A stretch of DNA of 64,000 bases. It comes from Trichosphaerium sp. ATCC 40318 (lineage: Eukaryota; Protista; Tubulinea). The position numbers were made by a program, and so were the translations under genes. Within the stretch, counting starts at the first letter, position 1. Every line of letters starts with the position of its first letter. The notes beneath the pieces are model-generated. The model ran no database searches and was not told where the DNA came from. It worked only from the letters and a program-made list of their open reading frames with translations. Positions 36,920-48,898 of the stretch are shown here, one piece after another. Location of the stretch: positions 1-64,000 of the forward strand of contig JALMLS010000474.1 of assembly GCA_038496445.1 (NCBI GenBank), given 5' to 3'.

Positions 36920-39900
36920 ATGGCATCTCAGTTATTTCTACAGCTATTTACGTTAATAGTCACATCACATGCGATTAATCTTGTTGGTGTAGATAGTACG
37001 TTCCCTATTATACTCTAAACTAAGCGTAATATTACAAATAAATGCGATATCGTATTTCTAAAAATCCATTTTTTTTGTTTAGTGCCTAGTTTCACAGGCG
37101 AAGGACGAAATCCTCAGTTACCTTCATCAGGAAGAAGCGGTGCTACTCTTATATACTATGGTGGTGCTCCTTTTTATAATGACGGTACATAAAAAAGGCT
37201 ATGTCAATAGTTAACATAACCTTGTTTACCGCTTAACTTTTTTCAGGTATATCTCAATACAGACAAGCGATAAGTGGAAACCCTCTTCCTGGGTCAAGAG
37301 CTATATCTAATGCGTAAGATTTTGATATGTTGCGCGTACCATTCCGGTGTAATTTGGTTCTGAAAAAAAGATCACGTGATTTTCTGATACAACTTGAAAA
37401 GTGAAGAGTTTTTTTTTTTTCCTTATTCGTTTTTTTTTGTTGTGTGGTCGCTTATCTTGACTTTTTCTTCGTAGTGTATTCGGTAGACAACCAGAAGGTC
37501 GTGGTATGACTAAAGCTTTGGATCATGACTCAGACGCCAATCTACTATCAGTTTATTTTGGTCAACTTCTAGATCACATATCCAACATTTTAATGAACAA
37601 AACACATTCTTGTTTCACCAAGATCTACAATTGTAGTTTTCAACAAATCCTGTTTGTTTTCAACTTTCACGTGAAATTATTCCTTGACTTTCTCACGATA
37701 TAACTCTCACACATGAGAATCCAAGCGAGAGTGTTCCTTTTCCTATACCTACAGGTAAATACTTGATATCTTTGATTCTGTCATAAAGAGGTTTATTCAA
37801 CTGTGGTCTTATTTGTAAACGATAGGAGATACGTATATGGATCCACTCAACGAAGGAAATAAAGAACATCCATTCTCAAGATCAGCTTTCCTTTCAGGAT
37901 CAGGTACAACCCAAGTATTTTTTTACTTTGCTCAACTTTACTCCTTAGGAGTTACCAGTCCGCGACAACATGCCAACGCTATTACTGCATGGATAGATGC
38001 CTCATTTGTGCGTACTATTGATCTAATTAGCTGAGTATTAAATCACGAGTATGTGACTAATGATGATTGATAGGTTTATGGTAGTGATGACGACACATGG
38101 ATGAAACTCAGAGAGTACAACCCAAATGAAGGGTTTCTTAAAATGGGTATTGATGTACCAGGAGATGGTTCACTCCTACCGTTCAATTTCCATAATGATA
38201 CAAACAGCTCTTTGAGTATGGTTGATAACTTTTTGTAAGTCCGAGACTTTCAGCTTTGTTATTGTCACTGTTTGCTTAATGGTTGGCATTAGCCCACCTC
38301 AAACAGAAGATGAGTATCTTTTCGCAGCTGGAGATTTGCGAGCAAATGAGAATGTTGCTTTGGTATCTCTTCAGACGCTTTTCTATAGAGAACATAACCG
38401 ATATGTTCAGAGTAAGCACCTTTCCAAAAATACACTTCTAAATATCACCTTTTTTTTGGTTCTCCTTCTTATTTATTTCTCTTTTAGCTCTTGTTGACGA
38501 AGGTGTTGTTACTGATCCTGATGAAAGATTTAATATGGCTCGTCTATGGGTTGGCGCATTAATGCAGGTACATAGTGACACGATACATAGCACGGTTTTT
38601 CCGTTAACAACATTTTTGTAGAGTATAACTTTCGGCGAATACTTGCCCATGCTCTTTGGCGAAGATTTTGCTCCCTACTCTGGTTATGATGGTACATGTA
38701 GTAGCGATATTAGCGCATCATTCAGGTACTTGTTATTAAACTAAAATACAGCATTTTATAACTATTCAAATAGCACTGCTGCGTTCAGATATGGTCATAG
38801 CCAAATCAATGGATTAATTCCTAGAATGAACAGCGATAAGCTTCCACATGAGCAAGGTGATAGATTTGTTTTGTTGTGGTTATTCTTATGCTCTGTGATA
38901 GGATCTATGCTTCTTAGAGAATCTTTTGGGTATACTCAAGGTGTTACAGCAGCTGGAATTGGCGTTATCCTTAGAGGTTGCGCTTGGTCAAAAATGGTTT
39001 GTTGGTTTTGATATACTTCTATTTCTTTTGGCCACAATTGATTTATGCTTGGATTTAGGAGCGTACAGATGGTCTTGCAGTTGCTGATTTACGTAATTTC
39101 TTGTTTGCTCATGCTCCTGGCGCAATAGGACAAGATTTAATATCAAGAAATATTGAAGTACGTCAGAAGCAGTATGAATTTTTTCACAATGATTAATTTG
39201 CTTAAAGAGAGGTCGAGACCATGGGTTGATGAGCTATGTGCAAGCTAAATTACATTTCTCAGGGGTAACTATCAATGACTTTACTGATATAACTGGTGAG
39301 ACAAGCTCAATATTTTTTATTTTACACGTGATTTAAACGTGATAAAAACACTACAACAAGCAATACTTTTTCTAATTTGTTTTTTTTTTTTGAAGATAAT
39401 GCTGAAGAGGTGCAAATACTTCGTGATTTATATGAGACTGTTGAAGATGTTGACTTGTTTGTTGGTATGCTACTAGAGCCTATAACAAGGGGGTATGTAT
39501 CAACAACTTAAAAGCTATCTGACTTCTTCTTAGTACTGTCGGCCAACTCATTTTTGATATCATCACGGAACAGATGACAAGAATACGAAAAGCGGATTGG
39601 TAAGTGCTTTTTTTGGTGATTTTTTTTTCCGTATCCAAGCCTTTATCACAGTTGGGTTTAATACGCTTTGAGAAGAAAAAAAAGGAAAAAAAAAGAAAAT
39701 TTTTCTAGCAACATAAACAAGCAGAAAGACAAGTTCTGATGTTGCTAATGACATGCTTTATTGTATTAATGAATGTTGATACTTATCTTTTACTTAGGTA
39801 CTGGTTTGAGAACACCCAAAATACTATCTTCAGCCCTGAAGAAGTAAATGAAATACGACAAACAAAACTACGTGATATTATTATGAGAAACACTGAGATG

Positions 39901-40931
39901 AGCGTTTCTTCATTCCCTGGACAAGCTTTTGAAGTAACAGCAGCTCAAAGTACTTACAACAAAATACAAAAAAACCTAAACACGTGAAAATCACGTGGTA
40001 CAACATACGTACAGTGTTTAACTTTGTTATAGTTGGTCAACCTCAACTAAGTGGCGATCCTCATTTTACTGGCTTTTTATCACAAAAATGTACGTGTCAC
40101 GTGTTGTGATTCAACATGTTGATATACGTGTGGTATATTCATATTTTATATTTAGTTGACTTTCATGGTATTGCTAGAAGGCACTTTAACTTGATTTCTG
40201 ATGAAGACTTCCAATTAAATTCGTTGTTTCTTGAAGCTGAGTTGAGACCTAAAAAAGTGAATAAAACATACAATGGCGCTCTTGCTTTTCAGTGTGGTAA
40301 GCTCATACGCGGTCTACTATGAATATTAATCACATGCCATCTAAAGGACAAGACAAACTACTTATTGCTTGTAACAGAGCTGCAGGAACACGTGAAATCT
40401 TCTTCAACGACAAACCAAGTAAGGGCGTTGAGCACAAAGTTCAAAGATACTTACTTCTTTCTCTTTAGTCGAAGATGCTACAGATTTGAAGTTCTGTAGA
40501 GGAGCAAAGAAGATGGCTATTGGTGATATCCATACCAAAGACAATAAGAAAGTTTCTATTACTCTGGATAGATACAAATTCAATGTTCGTTTCAGCAGTT
40601 CAAAGCATAGTACGTTGTTATATTTTTTTTGTTAGAATTTACAGTTGACATTGTCAGGTTCTTGCCACATCAATTTTCGATCAAAGTACACTTGGGGTGA
40701 CTACCCAATACCACATGGTGTTCTAGGAAATACAGCAAATAAGAAAAGAACAACACCACTCACATCAAATGGTCGTCAAGTACGTACCATTAATTAAAAA
40801 AAAAAAACACAAGAAATCTGACTTTTTTTTTTCGCAACTAGGGAGAAGGTATACTTCAAGGTTCTATGATGGACTATTTTGTAAAAGATGGTTTATGGGG
40901 CAAAGACTTCAAATACAATAACTTTAAATAA
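36920..40931 (+). CDS. Secreted peroxidase-cyclooxygenase-superfamily heme peroxidase fused to a C-terminal GDPH (vWD-like) domain
   Basis: FGQLLDH|DITLT, AGDLRANEN, FYREHNR, TAAFRYGHSQ, RGRDHG, VDLFVGML; then LSGDPHFTGF...FDFHG...HGVLG; more than 20 introns. Confidence 0.85.
37578..37696 (+). other. AT-AC U12-type (minor spliceosome) intron
   Basis: 5' ATATCC, branch site TTCCTTGAC (37680-37688), 3' AC. Removal restores the distal-His motif GQLLDH-DITLT in frame. Confidence 0.85.
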
Positions 40932-41351
40932 AAATAAAAAAAAGCCAATGTAGAAGAGAGTACAGTAATAAAAAATAAGAATAAAAAAAGATATGCATCG
41001 TCAGATCTAGGTTTTTTGCTTTTATGTACGACTATCAAAACTCCTGGTTTATTAGATATTACTACACACTACAATTATCTTGCTCAAAAGGTCTTAGCTG
41101 AACATTATCTTATTTTGTAGGTAACGTACCAATACAAAACTGGGCCAGTATAAGTTTTTATGATGGTTGGAGCACGTGCTAAATAGTGGAAATAGTAAAC
41201 GTTTCCAGGCCCTTTAAGGTAGACTGACTTTCAGTAGCGCCTTAGCCGGATATCAAAACGAAAAGTAAGACCTCTGCTTTAGGTCATCAATATTACACGT
41301 GTTAAATTGTTTGGCTTCACTTTACATTAAACAAAGACGTCGGTCGATATT

Positions 41352-42296
41352 ATGCTTTCTACCTCAAAAAGGTCTAAAATTACCAGTACTACCAGCACAA
41401 GTTTGCTAGACCTACCGTCAGAGATATTAGCGCACATCCTGCGTCAAACAACAAAATCACGCTTTGCGGCTTGTCAAACCTGTCGTTTACTTGCTTCTAT
41501 TGTTCATGACATTATTGGATACCATGCTATTATGATTAGAACATTAACTCAAGCAAAATCAGCTGCGAAACATTTTGGTGTTCTGAAATACACAAGAATA
41601 TCCCTTGGAGATATGCAGTCTGCAGGAGTTTTTACAATTGACGTTGAAGTAACTGATGAGTGCGTCAAAGCACTTGCTGGAGTAAATACTATTGACCTTA
41701 GTTTCACTTTAGTAACAGATGAGGGTGTTAAAGCACTTGCTGGTGCCCATATTATTGGCCTTATTGGCACTTCAGTAACAGATGAGGGTGTCAAAGCACT
41801 TGCTGGTGTCCATACTATTTATCTTAGTGGCACTTCAGTAACAGATGAGGGTGTCAAAGCACTTGCTGGTGTCCATACTATTGGCCTTAGTGGCACTTCG
41901 GTAACTGATGAAGGTGTCAAAGCACTTGCTGGTGCCCATACTATTGACCTTAGTGGCACTTCAGTAACAGATGAAGGTGTTAAAGTACTTGCTGGTGCCC
42001 ATACTATTGACCTTAGTGGCACTTCGGTAACTGACGAAGGTGTCAAAGCACTTGCTGGTGCCCATACTATTGACCTTAGTGGCACTTCAGTAACAGATGA
42101 AGGTGTTGTAGCACTTGCTGGTGCCCATACTATTGACCTTAGTGGCACTTCAGTAACTGACGAAGGTGTTAAAGTACTTGCTGGTGTCCATACTATTGAC
42201 CTTAGTAACACTAAAGTAACTGTTGAAGGCATCAAAGCACTCAACGGTACTAAAGAAGGGGTTACAACTGTAAAGGAAACTAAAGTGTATATGTAA
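41352..42296 (+). CDS. F-box + LRR protein (intronless)
   Basis: LLDLPSEILAHILR followed by about 9 copies of ALAG(A/V)HTIDLSGTSVTDEGVK. Confidence 0.88.
   Translation: MLSTSKRSKITSTTSTSLLDLPSEILAHILRQTTKSRFAACQTCRLLASIVHDIIGYHAIMIRTLTQAKSAAKHFGVLKYTRISLGDMQSAGVFTIDVEVTDECVKALAGVNTIDLSFTLVTDEGVKALAGAHIIGLIGTSVTDEGVKALAGVHTIYLSGTSVTDEGVKALAGVHTIGLSGTSVTDEGVKALAGAHTIDLSGTSVTDEGVKVLAGAHTIDLSGTSVTDEGVKALAGAHTIDLSGTSVTDEGVVALAGAHTIDLSGTSVTDEGVKVLAGVHTIDLSNTKVTVEGIKALNGTKEGVTTVKETKVYM
41650..42240 (+). repeat. Near-perfect 63-bp coding tandem repeat
   Basis: Unit approximately AAAGCACTTGCTGGTGCCCATACTATTGACCTTAGTGGCACTTCAGTAACAGATGAAGGTGTC. Confidence 0.9.
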
Positions 42297-42403
42297 GGCA
42301 ACTTTTACAGGACACAATAAAGAAAAGGTGATTGCTAGTTATGCCACCAAAGTCACTTGTCACATTGTAGTATGTCAGCTCCTCATAATTTAAAAATTAT
42401 ACA

Positions 42404-43107
42404 CTAACACTCAAGCTCAGCACTTTCAGATAGATATTCACCTTGTGTTGGTAGACCAGCGTTAAAGCTAGTAGTAATAAAGTCGGTAAATAAATATGGA
42501 GTTGTACTTTGGACTGTTCTGAGAAAAAGTTCTCGTGTGATAGAACAATAAGTAGTAGGGGCGATAAGGATATTTATTGTAAACAAATGAATATCGTATC
42601 AAGCTAACAAAGGAATATACCAGCGGCACAAAAGCTCTAAAAAAAAAAAAGAAAAAAATTAGAATTGGTTGAGTTGTTCTCATAACGCACCTCGCAAATT
42701 ACCTTCATGCCTGTGTACAGCTTTATTGGAGTGTTGAAGCCATCGTAGTAGCTAGTAATTGCTGTAGAGTCGATATAGAACGGAGGTTTATTGTCCCACG
42801 TGCATGTATAGTTGTAGGGTTTATCACTACCTTTGTTAAATACCTTTACTATCAGCATGTTGTCCAGAGTATCAAAACGCATCACTGCTGTCCCTTGATC
42901 TGCTATACATTGAGGATAAGCAGTTAAATCGCATGCAGGTCTAGCAACATCGTAAAGCTTCTGGCAAGAAGATAAAACGTCATCGTCAGTGATATTTTTT
43001 TGGTAGGAGGAGAGTTTGTATTCAATGTAAGCGTAGATGGTGTTATACTGAGTTTGAGATATTGTAATGTACGCAAGTACTGTTACAACAAGCAGTAGCT
43101 TCTCCAT
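42404..43107 (-). CDS. Small secreted protein of unknown function (2 exons)
   Basis: Signal peptide MEKLLLVVTVLAYITIS; the long ORF is followed by an intron and an exon ending ESAELEC*. Confidence 0.55.
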
Positions 43108-43815
43108 GGTGCGTGTTTGAAGAGAATGAATTAAGTCTACAGAAATGTTTTAAGATTGGCAGTGGTTAGTCACGTGCTATGGTAATAGCAACGTTTAAGA
43201 TGAAAAGAAGATGTTTAGTAGGTGGCCTCAGATTTATTTCGTTGAAAAGGTGGATAGGAACTGAGATCCCTAATACGTTTTTTTTCAAATTGGTTAGTAC
43301 TTAAAGTACTTACAACAACGCTGCTAAAAGAGGTTACTTCCAACTGCCCCTTTCCATCTTATCAAAAATATGCCGATGGAGAACAGCGAACAAACACGCA
43401 TTTCTTTCAAACAGCGAGTCACAAAAAATTCTGTTCTAAATGATATTGTGGAGTGCATGTTAAAACACGACAAATTTAACCTGAGAATTGTAGTAACAGA
43501 ATGTGAGCATAGTAATTTACAATGATACTCGGATCACTAGTGTTGTTAGAGTTACAAAGTATTTTCAACGCTAGTGGCTACGACATCTACTTGATAACCA
43601 TCAGTTTAATGAGTTAGGGGCGGTTGTGGTCCGGCTAAGAAACTCAGCATCAAAGTCTGCTATTGGCAGCCGTTTAAAAATATGAGCTTTTGTTGGGATT
43701 GTACCATGGCAACACATGCTTCTTTTAAGTTACTATGGCTTTGAACTTCGTTTATGTTCGAGTCAGCTAAAGTAGTTACTGCCCAATTGTTGTAGTATTA
43801 CTAACATACACGTTT

Positions 43816-45580
43816 ATGGCTGAGCTGCAAAATTCGTCGGTTAATTTACAATACGTTAACCGTTTGGCCACCGGTTACGCACATTCAATGGTAATCGCAG
43901 ACGATGGCTTTGTTTACACGTGGGGACTAAACGATTACCGCCAATTGGGTAACACAGACGAAAAAAAGAGTTCTATCGCAAGACCAATAAAGTCACTCGT
44001 AAATATCGTCTGTATTGCTGCTGGATGCTTTCATAGCCTTGCACTTGATTCAAACGGTATTGTGTATGCATGGGGGCGTAATTCAGAAGGTCAATTGGGT
44101 CTGGGTCACTTTGCGTCACCTGTTTCGTCACCAACACGTGTTCCAAATCTCAACAATATCACGAAAGTCTCTGCCTTTTTTGTGAGTATGGCATTATCAA
44201 AATCAGGTCATGTCTACTCTTGGGGAGACAACAGAAATCAAGGATTGGGTCATTCATTCGACAAGCCAGAAGTTTCATCACCAGCGGTTATTCCAAATCT
44301 TCAAAATGTTCAAAAAATTCAAACTAATGAGCATGTAAGTGGAGCAATGACATCAACAGGTCATGTCTTTCTTTGGGGAACAGCAAAAGGTTGTATCTGG
44401 GGACCAAAAGAAGGCAAAGCGATAGATATATCACTATTCTTGAAACGAAAGACAATTTCACGTGTTCCAAGTATTGATGATGCCACTGATATTACCATTG
44501 GTGATGAGCATGTACTTGTTCTCCTCAAGTCAGGACAAGTATTTTCTTTCGGATACAACTACAGTGGGCGTCTTGGGTTGGGTATTGATGACAAGTATGG
44601 CCAGGGTATCATCAAAGGACTCAATAACATCATATCTGTACATGCTGGTGAGTATACATCATTTGCGATTGATGATGAAGGTTGTTTGTTTGGTTGGGGT
44701 AAAGGGAAATGGATTGATTCGTTCAAATCAAACAAACCATTAAAATTACCTGGAAAATATCTTGAGTTTGCCAATAAATCATATCATTACTTGGCAATAT
44801 CTCATGACTTTAAATTGGTCGCAGGTGGACGTGATAATTATGGTCAATCAACACCACAAAAGTTAACATTCACCAATTATCAAAAGGTACTTGAAATCTT
44901 ATTTGTCTTTCTTTTGTCTGACAATCTACAAGTACTTTAAAACAGCCAATAAAGTAATCACAAAAGAGAAAAATGATGATGCTGTGAAAGCAATGAATGC
45001 AGAGTTAAAAGAAGACAGAAAAGATAAGTACTTGTCAAAAGCCGTGGTTGATCCCAATCGTGATTACACCAAGTTTGGAGATGATCCTGAACATCTTGAT
45101 ATCATTCAAGATGCCCTTGAAGCCTTTAAAATACAAAATCAAGATGAATACATCAACAATGTAAGTATCAGAAAACAAGCAATACCTATCTCACATGGTA
45201 TTTAGGTTAACAATCCTCGCTTGCCACTTGATGTAGACACCTCAATTTTATCTGAACAATCATGGAATGACAAGCCTCATGTTTCAGTCGCTCACACAAA
45301 GGTGTCTTGTTTTAATTTTATTTTCTTCATATTTAATTGTATTTAGTCGGAGTTCTGTCCACCTCAAGAGAATCAATCAATCGCTGCTCCCAAATTTGAT
45401 TGGCAATCAACTTTGGTGAGGTTGGGTATTTCAAGTAAAAGAGCACAAGAACTTGGATCGTTGATGAACAAAGCAGCCATCATAAAAAGTGAAATCAACC
45501 CTGAAGTGTTAAAAGAGCTTGGATTCAATGTGATTGAGCGTATAAAAGTCATAAAAGCACAGGAAAACAAAATGCTATAA
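43816..45580 (+). CDS. RCC1/BLIP-II-type beta-propeller + linker + SAM-like domain (paralogue 3)
   Basis: RCC1 repeats; linker KAMNAELKEDRKDKYLSKAVVDPNRDYTKFG shared with paralogue 1; last exon DWQSTLVRLGISSKRAQELGSLMNKAAII...LKELGFNVIERIKVIK. Confidence 0.85.
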
Positions 45581-46314
45581 ACAGAACATCATTATTAATG
45601 AAGGCCTGAGAATTTACACCTTTGATGAACTAGCATAGCAAATTAGTCAGAATACTCGTATTGTACACAAAAACCTTTCAATAAATTCCTTAAGTACAAT
45701 ATAAAGGTTGCCCTGTAGGAGCACTCAGCATATTTATATTTGCTTGAAGCTTCTTTTGGCCGTTTTCTCTTTGCATATATATACTGCTGGGCTTAATCTT
45801 ACTGAGACAAAGCATCTAGCTATATTTTTTGGAAGACAGAACTAGCTGTTGAAGAAGTATAAAAGAAAAGTGCCATATTTAGATTAGTTCTCTTATATTA
45901 TATCTACTGTCACTTAAAAGACAGCTGTGCTGAATGTCTGTGCATTATTGTCCCAGTTGTGTCCTCCTGAAGAACAAAAGCTGTAAGGAGATTGTGCTTT
46001 CGTTAGTGTCGTTTTCTCTCAACTTGTAGTGGGTATGTCTTGTGTAGAGAACGAAGAGGTATTCCAGATGTAGAAAATATTGTTCCATTTCTATTGATGA
46101 AAGCTTCTGTCGTTAGTTAGATTTGCTGATTGGTAGATGTGACAACTCATTATTTCTTATAGAATGTCACCAACCTAATACAGCTAACCTGGTATAGCCG
46201 CTTAGCGACCACCTCGAAATGAAGTAGTTTAGGTGTTTGTAAAAATCAAATCGTTCGAGACACGTGTTGACTGTTGTTGATTTCACTTCAAGCGTAAACC
46301 ACTTTTTGTAAAGC

Positions 46315-47635
46315 ATGGAGAAGGTATTCAATGTACCAGAAACAATATTAGCTGTAATGGAACAAACGAAGAGTTTTAAAGCAATATTAGCTTTTTCAAG
46401 CACGAACAAACTTGCTCGTGACGTAATATGTTCTGAACAGAGTGCGAAACAGCTATTTAAATCCCAGTGGACCAATCCCTTGTACTACGGTCCACTTTGT
46501 GAATGGCCAGCAAAGCTGCGGTTAAAGGAAGACATATCAGGGTTTAATGGACTGCAATACCTCTGCTTTGCTCGTCACTTGGAGAAACAGTATGAAGTAT
46601 GTCGTATCTGTACTTCTTTGTCAAGCAATGTACTAACAACCTACAATTAAAGAGTGAGTGTAAAGTGGGCGACAAACGTGTTGATATAAAGACAGGCGAA
46701 CAGATTCTTCCTTCAGACTCCTCTTCAGACTATTACTATGGTCCTACTTTTGATATTGGTCCATGGAAATCACGTGTGAAGTATTATCGTCGTATTCGTG
46801 ATGTTGGTGATATTGTTCTTATCGAACAAGATGACACTTTTACTGGGTTTTGTAAGAAGACTAAAGAACAACTTTGGGAAACTAAGCGCAATGGTTTTTC
46901 ATCATGGATAGATAAGGAAAGTTATATAATGATTGCAGCAGATGCCAGTAGATGTGGAGGTGCCAACAAGAGAGAAATGCTTGCTGTGAATCTAAAAGAT
47001 GGTACTGCATGTCTAATTTGTCTGAAGCCACTCGTTCAACTCCATTAACAGAAGGTTCTTTAGGTTCGACACTATGGACTAAGAATATAATACATTTGTC
47101 TCCTTCTGGAATTCCATTGTCCTTTGCAATAGCAAAGGGTAAGTTCTTATACATAGTTAATTGGCAAACAAAAGAAGAAACAGTGATTGATATTAAAAAT
47201 GGAACAGAAATTTGTGTGTTGAGGCATACTGTAGACAAAGTTGTTACTGTAGGTGAATACATATTTATCTTTCACAAAGATGATATATACAAGTATAAAG
47301 AATCAAGCATGCTATTGAAGGTGAAAAACAAATGCAGTGTGCTTGCGAACATTGTACAAACCTACAATTTCTCAAATGGGTTTGTTTTATTGGCGACATT
47401 TAATTTATATGTCAATCGTGGTGTGTATCTGATGTTACTCAACAACAAAGGAGATATAATTTTCAACATGAATACAGAGCCTGTAGGGCATTGGTGTCAG
47501 AACTTGGAGTTTGTTAAGATTCAGATAAGAGGAACAGAAGGAATTATTGTACATACACATATGGTAACAAAAGACTTTGTGAGCCAATGTGTGGGATGGG
47601 ATGGTACCACAAAGTGGAAGCAGAAAGAACCATGA
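46315..47635 (+). CDS. Hypothetical protein with weak F-box-like N-terminus and beta-propeller-like C-terminus (3 exons)
   Basis: Three overlapping ORFs are joined by two GT-AG introns; PQQ-like motifs AVNLKDG|STLW and GWDGTTKW. Confidence 0.55.
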
Positions 47636-48103
47636 TGATACAACTATTACACCTACAATCATTGTAAATTTAATCGTGTTTTACAGATTAAAACACTGCT
47701 TTTACCATGTTTTTAGTGTTGTAGGAACCAGCTCACATGGCAGGCAAGGAAATGAAACATGTTTTTGGAAAAATTAAAAATAAAGTAATCGTATTGGACT
47801 TTGCCTGTCAATTATTAGCCTACAGTTTTGAATTTACTAAAATGATACCAAGTTATTGGCATGCAAGTAGTGCTTGCTATTGCATGTTCAAATTGGTGTT
47901 CTGACCACGTTGTGTAGGTGTTGGGTATGGCGTTTGATTGTGCTTAAATACAATAAACTCCAAACCTACTACCAGAGCAAGGGGTTAATTGATTTTCGTT
48001 TAATAAACCACACGTTTTGCTATAGGTTGGGAAGTGTATTTTGAGGCCCTCTAATTTAGTTAAGGGCACTCTTTTTTATCAGGCAAGCGCACTATTTGAT
48101 CGT

Positions 48104-48184
48104 GTCAACTAAAGTAGTTACTGCCCAATTGTTGTAGTATTACTAACATACACGTGTTTATGGCTGAGCTGCAAAATTCGTCGG
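48104..48184 (+). pseudogene. Orphan copy of the promoter and first codons of RCC1 paralogue 3
   Basis: Near-identical to 43762-43840 (through ATGGCTGAGCTGCAAAATTCGTCGG), then unrelated sequence. Confidence 0.8.
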
Positions 48185-48609
48185 GAATTTCGTTGGAGAA
48201 CGTAAAACAACTTAGACGTTTTACATGAGAATTATATTTATACATCCTAAAGCTAGGGTACGAATTTTTTGAAATTGTAGAGAATGTGACTTAGAAACAT
48301 ACACAGTCATTTGTGTCAACAAAGTGCCGAACAGTTGAGCATTGTTGGGTAAGATTAGCTAAATGCCTGCATATTTTGGCCGATAGGAAAAAAAAAAGAA
48401 AATAATACGTTCAAATCATTGAACAAAGTATTTTTAGCAAACGAAAAACCGGTAGGGTTTACTACAAAGGTTGAGGGGTAAAAGGAGAACATGAAACCAA
48501 AAAAAAAAAAGGTTATTCTCAGAATATTATTGGATTGCGAATACTTGAGATTACCACAATATTTTTCGATTGATTTCACTTCAACATAAAAACAACTCAT
48601 CATACTAAT

Positions 48610-48732
48610 CTCATAGTGGTGCACAGTCAACATACTTTCATCGCATGATTTTCTGGTTCGAATCCAGGCTGCGGCACTAAAAAACCGCGGTCGCTTGATG
48701 GTTCAAGCAGTCGGCATCATTACCCGGCTTTT
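48610..48732 (+). ncRNA. tRNA-like element with halves in permuted order (candidate Pol III unit)
   Basis: T-arm TCTGG-TTCGAAT-CCAGG plus CTGCGGCA (48652-48676) precedes ACCGCGG-TC-GCTTGA-TGGT-TCAAGC-AGTCGG...CCGGCT (48684-48729). An A-box-like CATAGTGG lies upstream and TTTT downstream. Confidence 0.4.
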
Positions 48733-48898
48733 CTATTCTAGTGTGCTTCCTATAGTTCTCAACAATTGATATAGGACACCCTCTTGTCATGTGACGCCAT
48801 CACCACTTTTTTTATGCTCAGAAACAAAGCACAACACTAAATATAATACAATCTTTCTTAGCAACGTCTAATCATTAAGTGTAGTTTAATTACAGTTT

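Noticed and set aside
41650-42240. CRISPR-like periodicity
   Set aside because: Contiguous in-frame coding repeats without unique spacers; eukaryotic context and no cas genes.
7115-45580. Diversity-generating retroelement behind the RCC1 variation
   Set aside because: No reverse transcriptase or template repeat in the window, and substitutions are not evidently adenine-specific.
45700-46170. Possible decayed coding or TE fragments (also about 6420-6920, 29100-29320 and 43300-43520)
   Set aside because: Multiple stops and no recognisable motif.
48626-48654. U3 snoRNA-like 5' end, or a conventional tRNA-His/Glu/Sec gene
   Set aside because: No U3 boxes B/C/D. The sequence upstream of the T-arm cannot form an acceptor stem, and there is no Sec-type long variable arm.
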